A DNA stretch of 64,000 bases, taken from the human T2T-CHM13v2.0 reference genome, Homo sapiens. Positions within the stretch are counted from its first letter, which is position 1, and every line of letters begins with the position of its first letter. The DNA is taken from NCBI RefSeq assembly GCF_009914755.1, contig NC_060928.1. The stretch is one strand, 5' to 3'. Of the stretch, positions 16,464 through 33,590 are shown piece by piece. The position numbers and the translations under genes are program-made. Under the pieces are notes generated by a model that worked only from the letters and a program-made list of their open reading frames with translations, was not told the origin of the DNA and did no database searches.

Positions 16464-18126
16464 TGAGGAAAAAATGAGAAAATAAGAAAAAATGTGAAAA
16501 GTTAGAACATGTTATCTATTATTTTTAACCTAGATTATTTATTTTTTCCCTCTTTCCATTTAATATGTGTATTTATTAGTATTTGATAGTTAAGGATTAT
16601 CTAGTGGATTTTAATTTTCATATCATTATACATTGCCAAGTGCTGTGGCAGATGATCTTAGATGCATATTGTATGTTATAGGATATGCTTTCTTGGCTAT
16701 TAAGTGAACAAGGGCATCTATAATGTTTTCGATATTTATTTTCAAAATTGTAATGACCCATAGAAAAATCCCTACTGCTCTCCTCATCCCCCACCTCCTT
16801 ATGGTTTAAACACGTTGAGAACCACAGTTCTGTCCTCTGAGAGAGAGATGGAGATATTTACAGGGATAGAAGGGATCAGGAGCTGAAAAGAATGGTAAAG
16901 GCTATTGCTTACCAGTGAGATTGTGTTATATATTATTTAAACAGGGGAGGTAAATGTTTCTGATCCTGGAAGCTTGAGTAGTACTGAACTTAGAGTCTCT
17001 TTCTTGACGCATTTTGAATCTGAAGGATTCTGAAGAAGATAGAATATAGAATGAAAACTGAAGAGGCTATTTTGAGGTAAAGACTGGAGGAAGTGGTACA
17101 GGAAGACCAAGAAATCAGGCAAGGCCTTATCCAGCAGGTTTATAAAAGGTTTGGAAGAGGCACAGAGATGGAACTAGGTAGATAAAGCAGGAGTTACAAA
17201 ACAGGATTGCAGAATTTTATGTGGCTCTGTGCTTTTGAGTAACTCAATTTTTATTTAATCTTAGAATATCTCAGAGAGATGCAATATTTACAAATGGAAA
17301 ACAACCCCTTTTGGAACTTAAGATCTGGGAAAGAACAAAGCAGGCACAATAATTTGGGGAGAAAGATTCGTGGGTCCTGCCTTCATGTGCAGCCTAGTAA
17401 TGTTAGGTGTACTGAGGTCTGTCCACTGGCCAGGGTTGTCTCCTTTGGTTGCTGGTTCTGGAATTGTTAGTCTCTTGCCTTGAGCTGGGATCTGGCCCAT
17501 CTAGAAATTTCCCATCAGGAATACGTGGCTGTAGGTGGTCCAGGGCTGAAGCTATAGGTAAATGATGAGTGGTGAGAAAGAACAGGCTGCCTTCTTCTCG
17601 CCCTGTAGGTGAACAGTAGCACACCCTCTATCCCTAACCATTGTTTAAACCAAAAAATTCAGCAGTATACTTGCATAGAAAGGCTCTCAGAATCAAAGTT
17701 TGACACTTTTACTCTTGGAAGGCTTAGAATCATGGGCTTACCAAAAATAGGTGACTTGGACTTGGAACCCACTGAGTCCTGGAACCAGGTAATGCTGGTT
17801 TCTTGGGATTGACTTGACCCTGTCAGAGACAGAGCGGAGCAAACAGCCTGCTCAAAGATTGGAAAAGTCCATTTCCCTACCAGTCAGCATTTACATACTC
17901 TCTTTCTCCCCAGCCAGCCCTCCCTAAAAACTACCCACAATGTTGAAAGAGCACTCCTCTTAAAACTTCTGTCCCCTCCCAAAAAATCTAGGAAACCCTT
18001 AAAACAACAGTTTTTCCTCCTTTTGGGTTTGGATGAAATTCCTCTCTTTGAGCAGGTGTCAGACATTCTTAAGCAGCGCTACAGTGCTAGGATGGGGCTT
18101 CCCATGTACAAATGAATACTAAATAA

Positions 18127-18515
<389 letters not shown>

Positions 18516-18806
18516 AAGTTCTTTACCTTCCTGGGGTAGTGAGCCAGGGATGGTACAGACTACATTAGCAGATATGACTTCTGCCCTTGGAGACCGAGGG
18601 CACCATTTGTGAGCTCATTTTTGTGTGAAATGTACCTCGGTTGTCATTCTCAGCTGACACATAAGTAAATAGTGGTCGGGGCAGGGAATAATGGTGACCA
18701 ATAGAAGGCTAGCTTTCAGGTAGACTGCACCTCAGACGCCTCCTTTGTTCATTCCACATTCCTTTCCCGTTGAGCTGCTCAAAGTACGTTAAAAATACTG
18801 TCTCTA

Positions 18807-18810
<4 letters not shown>

Positions 18811-18841
<31 letters not shown>
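18811..18841. repeat. (TG)15 microsatellite
   Basis: Uninterrupted TG run. Confidence 0.95.
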
Positions 18842-18843
<2 letters not shown>

Positions 18844-19158
18844 GTATATATACATTTAAAGAAATTAATTTCCCCCCACGATATATCTCTCTGGAATATT
18901 ATGATCTGGATTGGAAACATCAGCTTGGTCAAGGAATGATTTATCTTTCTTTGTTGGGCAGGAACCTTTTGGGAGGCCCAATAATTTTCCTGCAATCTAA
19001 AGTATCTTTAAAACATGGCAGGTCCTGGACAGGGTTGGAAACTGGAAGGAGAGATTGCTGTTCCTACTCTGGCCCTTTCCTTTTCCATGTGCCTGCAAAC
19101 TTCCTGCTGCTTTTAGCTCCCTCACTTTACACATGGCCTGGGACCCTCCCTGCCAGCA

Positions 19159-19462
19159 TTTTTTTTTTCTTTTTTTGGAGTCATGGTCTCACTGTCATCC
19201 AGGCTGGAGTGCAGTGGTGCAGTCATGGCTCACTACAGACTCAAGCTCCTGGGTTCAGGTGATCCTTCCACCTCAGCTTCCTGAGTAGCTGGTACCACAG
19301 ATGCATGCCACTGTGCCCACTAATATTTTTTTCAATTTTTCGTAGAGATGGGGGTCTTACTGTGTTGCCCAGGCTGGTCTCAAACTCCTGGCCTCAAGCT
19401 GTCCTCCCACCTTGGCCTCTCAAAGTGCTGGGATTTATAAGCATGAGCTACCGTGCCTGGCC
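19159..19462 (-). mobile_element. AluJ
   Basis: Antisense Alu; CAGCATTTT on both flanks. Confidence 0.9.
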
Positions 19463-19483
19463 CTATCAGCATTTTAAAAGAGA

Positions 19484-19595
19484 TTTTTTTATTTTGAAAT
19501 AATTTTAGATTTACAGAAAAGTTGCAAAAATAGTATGGAGAGTTCTTGTAGACCCTTCACCCAGCTTCCCTTAATGTTAACCTCTTACTTAACCT
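19484..19595 (-). mobile_element. Old L1M 3'-end fragment
   Basis: TTTTGAAATAATTTTAGATTTACAGAAAAGTTGCAAAAATAGTA..CCCTTCACCCAG. Confidence 0.7.
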
Positions 19596-19909
19596 GTTTG
19601 CAGTTTGATGTGTGATTTCTACTGAGTGCATTTTTTGAACCTCATCTGTCCTAGGGATCTTACTATAGTCAGGATTCAGCGTTGACATGGTTCCTTTCTC
19701 TTGCCTTCAAGGAGCTAGCAATCTAGCAGTGGGTTTTAGTGACTTAATGTTTTATCTTCTCACTTTTACATTTAAAAATGTTTTTCTGGTAACAGCAGTA
19801 AGGAATCTAAAGGTAACAGTTTCTAGTGATCAAATTTCAGCTACAGTAGAATCTGGATGAAGGAGACATTTTTGAATTGAGAGTCTTTGCTGGGACTCTT
19901 GAAATGGCT

Positions 19910-20140
19910 GTTTATTTATTGATTTTTCTATTCATTTAGCATTTATTGACTGTCCCATATGTGACAGATACCATACTAATCTCTAGAGATAACTAAGTTG
20001 AATTTCAAGATGTAGCTCTTGCCTTTAAAGACTTTATGATCTTTTGGGGGAAGTATACAATTGCAAAACAATATGGAAATGCTGTGGTAGAGTTACTTAC
20101 AGGCTACTCTGGAAAACATGGAAGGAGACCCTGAATTCCA
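19910..20140 (-). mobile_element. L2 3' fragment
   Basis: TTCATTTAGCATTTATTGA..TATGTGACAG..CTTGCCTTTAAAGA L2-like pattern. Confidence 0.55.
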
Positions 20141-20348
20141 GCCTGATATGACAAATCCCCATTAGGCTGCTCCAACTAGACAGAGAGCTCTTTGGAAACT
20201 GTGAAATAATATGTATTATTCAATCTAAAATTATAATTAAGATGGCCTAGGTAAATTCACGGGACTATCAGTCCTTTGGTATTTTACAAATGGATAATAT
20301 ATTATTCGTCCATGGGGTAGAGTTAAAATATTCATGAAATGCAATCCC

Positions 20349-21383
20349 GAGGTGGAGCCAAGATGGCCGAATAGGAACCGCTCCGGTCTACAGCTCCTAG
20401 CGTGAGTGACGCAGAAGACGGGCGATTTCTGCATTTCCATCTGAGGTACCGGGTTCATCTCACTAGGGAGTGCCAGACAGTGGGCGCAGGACAGTGGGTG
20501 CAGCGCACCGTGCGCGAGCCGAAGCAGGGCAAGGCATTGCCTCACTCAGGAAGCGCAAGGGGTCAGGGAGTTCCCTTTCCTAGTCAAAGAAAGGGGTGAC
20601 AGACGGCACCTGGAAAATCGGGTCACTCCCACCCTAATACTGCGCTTTTCCCATGGGCTTAAAAAACGGCGCACCAGGAGATTATATCCCGCACATGGCT
20701 CGGAGAGTCCTACACCCACAGAGTCTCGCTGATTGCTAGCACAGCAGTCTGAGATCAAACTGCAAGGTGTCAGTGAGGCTGGGGGAGGGGCGCCCGCCAT
20801 TGCCCAGGCTTGCTTAGGTAAATAAAGCAGGCAGGAAGCTTGAACTGGGTGGAGCCCACCACAGCTCAAGGAGGCCTGCCTGCCTCTGTAGGCTCCGCCT
20901 CTGGGGGCAGGGCACAGACAAACAAAAAGACAGCAGTAACCTCTGCAGGCTTAAATGTCCTCGTCTGACAGCTTTGAAGAGAGCAGTGGTTCTCCCAGCA
21001 CGCAGCTGGAGATCTGAGAATGGGCAGACTGCCTCCTCAAGTGGGTCCCTGACCCCTGACCCCCGAGCAGCCTAACTGGGAGGCACCCCCTAGTAGGGGC
21101 AGACTGACACCTCACACGGCCGGGTACTCCTCTGAGACAAAACTTCCAGAGGAACGATCAGACAGCAGCATTCGTGGATCACGAAAATCCGCTCTTCTGC
21201 AGCCACCACTGCTGGTACCCAGGCAAACAGGGTCTGGAGTGGACCTCTAGCAAACTCCAACAGACCTGCAGCTGAGGGTCCTGTCTGTTAGAAGGAAAAC
21301 TAACAAACAGAAAGGACATCCACACCAAAAACCCATCTGTACATCACCATCATCAAAGACCAAAAGTAGATAAAACCACAAAG
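20349..21383 (+). promoter_or_regulatory. L1 5'UTR internal promoter (CpG-rich; sense and antisense promoter; YY1 site at 20359-20369)
   Basis: CAAGATGGCCG YY1 motif is intact and many CpGs are retained; this is the established L1 5'UTR architecture. Confidence 0.8.
20546..20800 (-). CDS. L1 antisense ORF0-like reading frame, 84 aa
   Basis: ATG at 20800 gives MAGAPPPASLTPCSLISDCCASNQRDSVGVG...VGVTRFSRC, matching the known ORF0 peptide; open to the stop at 20546. Expression is unknown. Confidence 0.6.
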   Translation of the reverse strand: MAGAPPPASLTPCSLISDCCASNQRDSVGVGLSEPCAGYNLLVRRFLSPWEKRSIRVGVTRFSRCRLSPLSLTRKGNSLTPCAS

Positions 21384-22414
21384 ATGGGGAAAAAACAGAG
21401 CGGAAAAAACAGAGCAGAAAAACTGGAAACTCTAAAAAGCAGAGCGCCGCTCCTCCTCCAAAGGAACACAGCTCCTCACCAGCAACGGAACAAAGCTGGA
21501 CGGAGAATGACTTTGACGAGTTGAGAGAAGAAGGCTTCAGATGATCAAACTACTCCGAGCTACAGGAGGAAATTCAAACCAAAGGCAAAGAAGTTGAAAA
21601 CTTTGAAAAAAATTTAGACGACTGTATAACTGGAATAACCAATACAGAGAAGTGCTTAAAGGAGCTGATGGAGCTGAAAGCCAAGGCTCGAGAACTACGT
21701 GAAGAATGCAGAAGCCTCAGGAGCCGATGCGATCAACTGGAAGAAAGGGTATCAGTGATGGAAGATGAAATGAATGAAATGAAGTGAGAAGGGAAGTTTA
21801 GAGAAAAAAGAATAAAAAGAAATGAACAAAGCCTCCAAGAAATATGGGACTATGTGAAAAGACCAAGTCTACCGCTGATTGGTGTACCTGAAAGTGATGG
21901 GGAGAATGGAACCAAGTTGGAAAACACTTTGCAGGATATTATCCAGGAGAGCTTTCCCAATCGAGCAAGGCAGGCCAACATTCAAATTCAGGAAATACAG
22001 AGAACGCCACAAAGATACTCCTCGAGAAAAGCAACTCCAAGACACATAATTGTCAGATTCACCAAAGTTGAAATGAAGGAAAAAATGTTAAGGGCAGCCA
22101 GAGAGCAAGGTCAGGTTACCCTCAAAGGGAAGCCCATCAGACTAACAGCGGATCTCTCGGCAGAAACTCTACAAGCCAGAAGAGAGTGGGGGCCAATATT
22201 CAACATTCTTAAAGAAAAGAATTTTCAACCCAGAATTTCATATCCAGCCAAACTAAGCTTCATAAGTGAAGGAGAAATAAAGTCCTTTACAGACAAGCAA
22301 ATGCTGAGAGATTTTGTCACCACCAGGCTTGCCCTAAAAGAGCTCCTGAAGGAAGCACTAAACATGTAAAGGAACAATCAGTACCAGCCACTGCAAAATC
22401 ATGCCAAATTGTAA
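21384..22414 (+). pseudogene. L1 ORF1 (ORF1p RNA-binding protein), disrupted
   Basis: ATG at 21384 is followed by a 14-bp duplication frameshift; TGA stops near 21542 and 21784; premature TAA at 22367-22369. The C-terminal portion matches ORF1p. Confidence 0.92.
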
Positions 22415-22462
22415 AGACCATCGAGGCTAGGAAGAAACTGCATCAACTAATGAGCAAAATAA

Positions 22463-26301
<3,839 letters not shown>

Positions 26302-26662
26302 ACAATGAGAACACATGGACACAGGAAGGGGAACATCACATCTGGGGACTGTTGTGGGGTTGGGGGAGGGGGGAGGCATAGCTTTAGGAGATATACCTAA
26401 TGCTAAATGATGAGTTAATGGGTGCAGCACACCAGCATGGCACATGTATACATATGTAACTAACCTGCACATTGTGCACATGTACCCTAAAACTTAAAGT
26501 ATAATAATAATAATGATAAATTTAAAAAAATATATATTCATTAAATGCAGCAATATGGCGACTTTGGTTGTCTTCCCAGCCCTTTTTCTGTGCATATTTT
26601 TACCTTTATAAAACTTAAATGTGGTTATTTTGTAGATGCTGTTTTATATCCTGCCATATATA

Positions 26663-27501
26663 TATTCATGCACTGCATAAAGATGCCTTGGTCAATGATA
26701 GATGGAATGTAGAACTGTGGTCCCCTAAGATTATAATGGACCTGAAAAATTCCTACCTTCTAGTGATGTTCTGATGATTCTGACCATGTGCAAGCCTAGG
26801 CTAACGTGTGTGTTTGTGTCTTAGCTTTTAACAAAAAAGTTTTAAAATTAAAATAAATAAAAAACATTAAAAATCCAAAAAAGCTTATAGAATAAGGATA
26901 TAAATAAAGAAAATATTTTTGTACAGCTGTACAATCTGTGTTTTAGGCAAAGTGTTAATACAGAGAGTCAAAAAGTTCAAAAAATTAAAAAGTTTATACA
27001 GTAAAAAAGTTATAGTAAGCTAAGGTTAATTTATTATTGAAGAAAGAAAATATTTTAAGAATAAATTTAGTGTAGCCTAGATGTACAGTATTTATAAAGT
27101 CTATAGCAGTGTACAGTCATGTCCTAGGCCTTCACATTCACTCACCACTCACTGACACACCCAGAGCAACTTTCAGTCCTGCAAGCTCTATTCTTGGTAA
27201 GTGCCCTAAGCAGGTGTATGATTTTTTATTTTTCATACTGTGTTTGTACCTTTTCTATGTTTAGATAGCTTTAGATACACAAATATTTACCATCATGTTA
27301 CAGTTGCCTGCAATATTCATTACTACCATGCTGTACAGGTTTGTAGCCTAGGAGCAATAGGCTATACCAGATAGTCTAGGTGTGTAGTATACTGTACTAT
27401 CTAGGTTTATGAAAGTATACTCTATGATATTTTCACAATGACAAAATCATGTAAGGATGCGTTTCTCAGAATGTAGCCCATTGTTAAACAACATATGACT
27501 A
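26663..27501 (+). mobile_element. Tigger3/MER7-like (TcMar-Tigger) DNA transposon
   Basis: TCATGCACTGCATAA..GGTCAATGA..GTGGTCCC.TAAGATTATAATGGA.CTGAAAAATTCCTA start; TTTCTCAGAATGTA..GTTAAACAACATATGACT end; TA flanks. Confidence 0.85.
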
Positions 27502-27559
27502 TATGTTTTCATATACTCTACATTTCAGCAGATATTCTTCTCATACTATGGTTTTCAAT

Positions 27560-29500
27560 ATTTTATCATGAAAAATTTCAAACATAGAGCAAAGTTGAAG
27601 GAATTTTATAGTAAAGAAAGACCTAACCCATCATCCAAATTCTACCATTAACATTGTTCTATACTTGCTTTGTCACATAACTATCCATTTCCCTCCCTCC
27701 CTCCCTCCCTCCCTCCCTCCCTCCCTCCCTCCCTTCCTTCCTTCTTTCCCTTTCCTCCCCTCCCCTCCCCTTTCTTTCGTTTGAATGCGGTGGTGCAATC
27801 ATGGCTCACTGCCACCTTGAACTCCTGAGCTCAAGTGATCCTCATACCTTAGCCTCCCGAATACCTGGGACTGCAGGCATGCGCCACCATGCCCAGCTAA
27901 TTTTTTAAAACTGTTTTTATTGTGACAAAAAATTGTCAATCTGCAAAACATCGATATGTTGTCCAGGCTGGTCTCGAGGTCTCAAACTCCTGGCCTCCAG
28001 TTCTCCCACTTTATCCTCCCAAAGGCTCGAGCCACCGCACCTAGCTGCATCTTAATTTTTTGATACCTTTCAAAGTAAATTGCAAATATCCTCTAAGTTC
28101 TTCAGCATATCTATCATTAACATGAACTCAATATTTATTTAGTTTTTCTTTTGATACAAAATTTGTACTCAAATGAAATGCGTACATCTTAATTATATAT
28201 TTGCTGAATTTTAATAAACACATACACCTGCATAATCCAAAGTCTGTCATAATATAGATTATATAACATCATCATCACCCTGGAAGGTTCCCTTCTGACC
28301 CTTCCCAGTCAATCCCTACCTCCCACCCTTCCAAAGACAACCGCTATTACAATTTTTTCCACCATAGGTTAGTTTTGCTTGTTCTATGATTTTATGTAAT
28401 TGAAATCATACAATATGTACTTCTTTATGTGGTGGTTCTTTCACTCATCATAATGTTTTTGAGATTCATTCAGGTTGTTGTGTTTTAGTAGCTTTTTTTT
28501 TATTGCTGAGTACTATTTCATTGTATGAATCACAGTTTCCTTATTTTATTGATAGACATCTGGGGGTATTTTCATCTTTTAGCTATTAAGAAAAAAGCTG
28601 CTATGGAACATTCTTCTACAAGTCTTTTTGTGGATATGTGTGTGTGTGTGTATAGTAAGTGTATATGTGAATATGTATATATACACATCCACATTTATAT
28701 ATGTGTGTTTATATTTCTATATCTGTTTCTTTTGGGTAAATACCCAGGAATGGAATGGCTTGATCATAGAGGAGGTTTATGTTTACCTTTTGTAAGAAAC
28801 TGACAGGCCTGTTTTCAAAGTGGTTTTTTTATTTTACATTCCCACTCATAATGTGTAAGAATTCTGTTGCTCCATATCCTGGGGTTGTCAGTTTTTAAAC
28901 TTTGGTCATTCTGGTTGGTGGGTAGTGGCATAATGATATTGAGCCTATTTCAAGCACTTAGTGGCCATTCGTATATCCTCTTTTTTGAAGTGTCTAGTTA
29001 CATCTTTTTTCTATTTATAAACTGGGTTGAGCTGTTAAGAGTTCTAAATTCAGATACCAGTTCTTTGTCAGATGTATGTTTTGCGGATCTTTATTCCCAT
29101 TTTGTGACTTGCCTATTCTCTTTACTAACCATATCTTTAATGAGAAGTTTTTAATTTTGATAAAGTAATCTTTACTATTTTTCTTATATTATTGCTTTCT
29201 GTGGCCTGTTGCCACATGTCAAGATGATATTCTCCTGTGTTTTCCTCTGAAAGCATTATGGTTTTAGCTTTTATGTTATCTATATTATATCTCAAGTCAG
29301 TTTTTTTGAGTGATGTTAGCCAGAAGTCAAGGTTAATATCACTCCATATGGATATCTAGTTATTCCAGCTCCATTTGTTGAGAAGATTTTTCTTCCCTTG
29401 TTGTATTGTGTTGGTGCCTTTATTGAAAATCCTGATTGTGTGTGTGGGAGTCTGTTTCTGTGACTCTTTCTGTTCTATTGATCTACTTTGATTATTTTGG
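27560..29500 (-). mobile_element. Old L1M (L1MC/ME-like) 3' fragments, interrupted by AluJ
   Basis: AAAATTTCAAACATA..AAAGTTGAA; TCATAATGTTTTTGAGATTCATT; GTAAATACCCAGGAATGGAAT; TATGGATATCTAGTTATTCCAGC.CCATTTGTTGA. Confidence 0.75.
27690..28046 (-). mobile_element. AluJ with (CCCT)n pyrimidine-rich tail
   Basis: (CCCT)n at about 27690-27735 followed by an antisense Alu body. Confidence 0.85.
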
Positions 29501-30645
29501 TCTTGTGCCATTTTTAGTAGTGGTATATTCTATGAATGTTCCATAAATCATATGGAATCACTTTGCCATTGTTGGACATTTTTAAGTTTATAATTTTTTA
29601 TTATTAAAAACTGTACTGTGATGTATATTACTTCTGTTGTTTAATCTTTACTTGAGTGCAAGTGGTAGAAATAATTTATAAACAAAATTCAAGACAAATA
29701 TGTATAACATTACTTTTAGCTTTACATAATATATTCTAATTTTTAGTTCAGTGACAAATGACAGTAACTACTATTAACAAGAAGGTAGAGTGAGTACTGT
29801 GACCAGCAGCCATGAAGTCCTCGTCAGCTGGCAGAAGGAAATTCACTTTGCTTCTAAATGTCATTCATGGATTGTTACTATTATACTAGTAACTAAAATT
29901 ATTAGAGTAGAGAAGTATAAAGAACAAAAACTTCAAAAAGGCTTTCTTAGAACTTAGTGTTCTCCATGGGTTCTGTAATATATTGTAAACATGTATTTGC
30001 ATGCATGTTGCAAGATTGAAAATGGGAGTCAGATATTTGACCGATTGTTTAAAGGTATTCACTCAATTATGGAAACAGAACAGTGGTTATAACACATGTC
30101 CTATGTATTGTCAGATGTGAGAGGTTATCTGTCTTGAGCTTTTGTATATGGTAATCAGAAAGACATTTAGTTGTGTAAATGATCCCTGAGGTGCATGTTT
30201 TTATTTTATGTGTGTATAAATAAAATTATACCACTGCATGAAGTGTTTGTAAATGCTTAGCTTCTTTATGTAACAATTTATCCACTTAGAGAAGCAATTT
30301 GTGGTATGTAGGCTACCCTAGATTTTATTTTAAGTGTTTGTGATTCTTTTCTTGGGGAAGGTGGATTTTAAGGGAGGAACAGTCATTTTGGATGAATATT
30401 TAATAATTTTTTTCATATTCTTGTCCATATGAACAGTGAAATAAATGTATATCATAACCTTTTAAGAGGTTTTCTTGCATTTACCATAACAACAATTAAT
30501 ATCTGTGATGGAAGGACTACTATACTGGAAAACTACACTTTTCATAAATTATTTAGTCGTCTCTGCGGTCTAATCAGGGTCTGATAGCTGTAGCTTGTAG
30601 GAAGCTAGATCTTGGTAAAGCACAAAGACCAAGGACTATACCTAG

Positions 30646-31156
<511 letters not shown>

Positions 31157-33087
31157 TAAATCAATAAGAATCTTTAGGTAGGCTGTCCCCTTTTTCTCTC
31201 TTTCCTCCATGAAAGAACACAATGAAGTGAGTAAAAAAGCCATTTATTTGCCCTTCCTTCTAGCCCCAGTGCTGATTCCAGCCTTCAGTGCTGATCCAGT
31301 TTCTGGATCACTGTGGATACAGGGTATGGGGGCCACTCTAACCGACTTTAATCCCTTCCTGGATTCAGCTCGTGAAATAGAATTGTTTGTTTTAGTTGTA
31401 TTGGCTTTGAAGTTTTGTGTAGTGAATTGTCAGAGTCCTGGACTGAACTCAATCTCTGGTTAATTCTTGATGAAATGATTTCTCCTTTCTCACAGAACCA
31501 AATGGACATCCTCAGTTGTTCTCTGTTCAGGAATCTCCCTGTGGAAAGTCAGTGGAGGTTTAACCAGGTTGGGAGAGAGGACAGTCACTGCTGGCTGCTG
31601 CCTACTGTGAATTCCCTTCAGTATCCAATTTTTCACTTCCCTGCCTATTCTTCTAATGAGAAATAACCCAGAAGTGGAACAGAAGAAAAACAAAACCCAA
31701 AACCATCAAACAAGCTTAAGACAAATTTTGTCCTTTGGCTTTCCAGTCTTCTCATCTAATCATATTATTTTCAGCAACTTTTGATAACGTGTTGCTTGTA
31801 TAAAATCAATTTGTGTGTCTTTTTTCTTTCATTCTTTCTTCCTTTTTTCACAATAAGATCTTGGGAGAGTGAATGCTAATGCAGTTCTAAAGTGGAAGCT
31901 TAAAACTAAGAACAGTTTGTTCTCCTTCCATCCCTTTACACTGTGATCTTTAACATCACCGTCAAGGAGAGTGTGTTTGGTTTTGTGATCAATTTAGCTG
32001 TCAGGGGTTTGTGATTTTCTGAGAGCTGACTCTTGCTGCTAATGAACATGATCATTTATACACTGTCACTGTAGTATAGGCATGTTAAATAATTGATCAG
32101 GCCCTGGCAGTTAGAGAATGGCAAATGCAGTCCCTTTGTTGCTATGGTAATACATTTGGTTAGGGGGGCTGTCATTTGGACCACATGGATCTGGCACATG
32201 TGACATAATTGCCTGTGGTTGAGGCGGTTGCAGGAGAAAATCAACTTAAGAAGAGGTGGCATTTTGAAGTAAATTAATGTATATTTCAGGGTTTTTTTTG
32301 GGCTTAACATTGTGGAGTGACTTATTCTTTTCTATTAAAAGGCTCATTCTCAGCTAATGGTAAGCATAGAGAATGAGTCAAGTGACAGATTTGTTTACTT
32401 GCTGACACAGTGGAATTTGTTCATTTATTGTATAAAATGGTTATTGTGTGAAGTTTACATTCCTCCCTCTATTATCCCCTGGAGGGCTCCCCATAAGTGA
32501 AATTGATGCCGGGCTTATTAGGGATCCCGAAGGGAAAGGACAACATACTCTCTTTTGTTCTCTGTTTTTTTTTCTTTAAACAATCATAAGTTTTTAAAGG
32601 TAGGGGCTATGTTTTTGTATTCTTTCAACAAATATTTATTTGTTGCAAGGTGCTCTTAGGGGTTGGGAGCACAGTGTGAGCAAAGCAGATATGGTCCTTG
32701 CCCTCAGAGGTTAGACTGTGGTGGATTATGTCCATTTGTCTTTGAGTTTCTCCTTTAGCCCTATCCTTAGCCTTATCAAGAACCTTCTCAATATGTGTTT
32801 GGTAAGTGTTTAGAATAGTTTCTTCCTTTCCAGTCCAGTCTCTTAATATATGTTTCTTCCAATGATCTATTAATACTATTTGTGAACAACCAACACAAAA
32901 GTAAATGAAAGCTTAATTGACATAAGTGCAGCCCTTCCATTGATCCATGTCCTTCTTTTCCTTCATAGTTTAGCCAAGTTCTACCTCTGCTGTGATGCCA
33001 TCCAAGCCAACAGCAATGTCTTTCTGGCTATTTTTTTACTCAGTTGATGTGACATATTTTGTTCTGTTTTTTAAAAATGTTATTATT

Positions 33088-33382
<295 letters not shown>

Positions 33383-33454
33383 TTAATCTTTCATGTGTCC
33401 TTGCCATCCCTCTTAGATGATTTGGGGCAGGAAAAAAGCTGAAATCCAGTGGTC

Positions 33455-33590
33455 AAACCTCAGCATCTTCATTTTATAGAGAAGTCAGGCCTGTAGAAAT
33501 TAAATGATGACAGGTTAATAAAAGAATCAGGACTGGTATCGAAGTGTCTAGACTCCAAGATTCCTCTTCTTTACTCTTCATGTGCCATTT
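33455..33590 (-). mobile_element. MIR fragment
   Basis: TTCATTTTATAGAGAAG..AGGC..GTCTAGACTCCAAG. Confidence 0.55.

Noticed and set aside
26344-26376. G-quadruplex-forming tract
   Set aside because: Standard G-rich tract of the L1 3'UTR; not locus-specific.
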